19,414 nucleotides of DNA from Oopsacas minuta (Eukaryota; Animalia; Porifera): contig JAKMXF010000116.1 in assembly GCA_024704765.1 (NCBI GenBank), positions 1 to 19,414 of the forward strand, written 5' to 3'. Of the stretch, positions 18,582 through 19,414 are shown one piece after another. A program made the translations under genes and the position numbers. How positions within the stretch are numbered: position 1 is the first letter of the stretch; each line of letters starts with the position of its first letter. The notes under the pieces were generated by a model, which had not been told where the DNA came from, searched no databases, and saw only the letters and a program-made list of their open reading frames with translations.

Positions 18582-19414
18582 ATAACATCAAATTTGTATT
18601 GGTTGGAAGTCACAATTGTGGCATGAACTCTTCTTTACGAATGATGTTAGAACAGACTGGTATCAGTTCTATTAATGTGGAATGTTTGAAGGGTGAATTA
18701 TTGGATGCTAAAACTAAGTTTATAAAGCTACTACAAGACAAATCATACCACACAGTGTTCCTTATAGTAATTCCAATAACATTGAGAGTGCTACCAGTGC
18801 AATGGTTAGTTTGGCTGAAGACTGAATGCAACAATTTGACTCTTTCATCTGTTAACCTTTTCAGGAATGCAATCATCATATTCACTCATGCTGACAAGGT
18901 TAGCCCAACTCTTGATATTGACTTATTGAGACAACATGTGAAAGAGATGTGTATGATTGAAGAGTGGGATTATCTGCTTAGCTGTGTTTATGGCCGTTTT
19001 GTCTGTGTAAACTCAATCTTACAAGAATTAGAATACAGACGTAAAATTGTGAATGAAATTATTCAAATTTCCAAACCATCTTACTCAATCTTGATCCATG
19101 GGAACAATCATGCAAATTCTTCAATATTATTCACAAAATTACAATTATCCGAATGGAATAATGTGATTGAATTGGAAGATATACGAATGAAGTTCTATTT
19201 CTATCCAGATCTTGATCTATTCCAGGGATTACAACAACATGATTGTGGAGATATTATCAGGAATTTGATTGGTAACCCTGTGTACCATGGTCAGGGCATC
19301 ACTCTCATTTTACTCTTAATCAGTCAGGAAGAGATATTCTCCAGAGACATGAAAGAGATGATAACTGATCTTCCACACAACGAACATTATCGGATGGACC
19401 ATAAAACTGATAAG
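18578..19414 (+). CDS. Tandem AIG1/GIMAP-like double-domain protein 2 (3' partial), probable pseudo-GTPase
   Basis: I translated it by hand: 279 codons, no stop before the window end. MNNIKFVLVGSHNCGMNSSL...LFRNAIIIFTHADKV...VYGRFVCVNS...ISKPSYSILIHGNN...YPDLDLF...GITLILLLISQEEIFSRDMKEMITDLP. It shares LFxN, FTH, VNS, SKP, GNN, PDLDL, LIS, IFS and ITDxP with ORF 16619-17932. Confidence 0.82.
   Translation, partial: MNNIKFVLVGSHNCGMNSSLRMMLEQTGISSINVECLKGELLDAKTKFIKLLQDKSYHTVFLIVIPITLRVLPVQWLVWLKTECNNLTLSSVNLFRNAIIIFTHADKVSPTLDIDLLRQHVKEMCMIEEWDYLLSCVYGRFVCVNSILQELEYRRKIVNEIIQISKPSYSILIHGNNHANSSILFTKLQLSEWNNVIELEDIRMKFYFYPDLDLFQGLQQHDCGDIIRNLIGNPVYHGQGITLILLLISQEEIFSRDMKEMITDLPHNEHYRMDHKTDK

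Noticed and set aside
18610-18885. 91-aa minus-strand ORF from the track
   Set aside because: Antisense shadow of the plus-strand GIMAP-like gene 2.

Overview
AT-rich eukaryotic, animal-like genomic DNA with no rRNA, tRNA, CRISPR or prokaryotic signals. The gene style (compact, near intron-free coding regions) suggests an early-branching animal such as a glass sponge, but this is only my inference. Four protein-coding loci are supported. (1) A small Maf-like bZIP on the minus strand (4947-5279) whose DNA-contacting basic-region residues are strongly altered. (2) A single-ORF 1386-aa SH3-DH-PH RhoGEF (11137-15297) of the Asef/collybistin type, with P-Rex-like PH features and a long disordered N-terminus. 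(3, 4) Two adjacent, highly diverged paralogues (16619-17932 and 18578->19414). The second is absent from the ORF track because it runs off the window edge. Each paralogue encodes two tandem AIG1/GIMAP-like GTPase domains with degenerate P-loop/G3 motifs, i.e. candidate pseudo-GTPases; these are the most novel-looking element. Intergenic DNA carries many short DNA-transposon relics (pogo/Tigger-like, Harbinger-like and hAT-like ends), GC-rich hairpins and small repeat/motif clusters. All family assignments rest on remembered motifs, not database searches.
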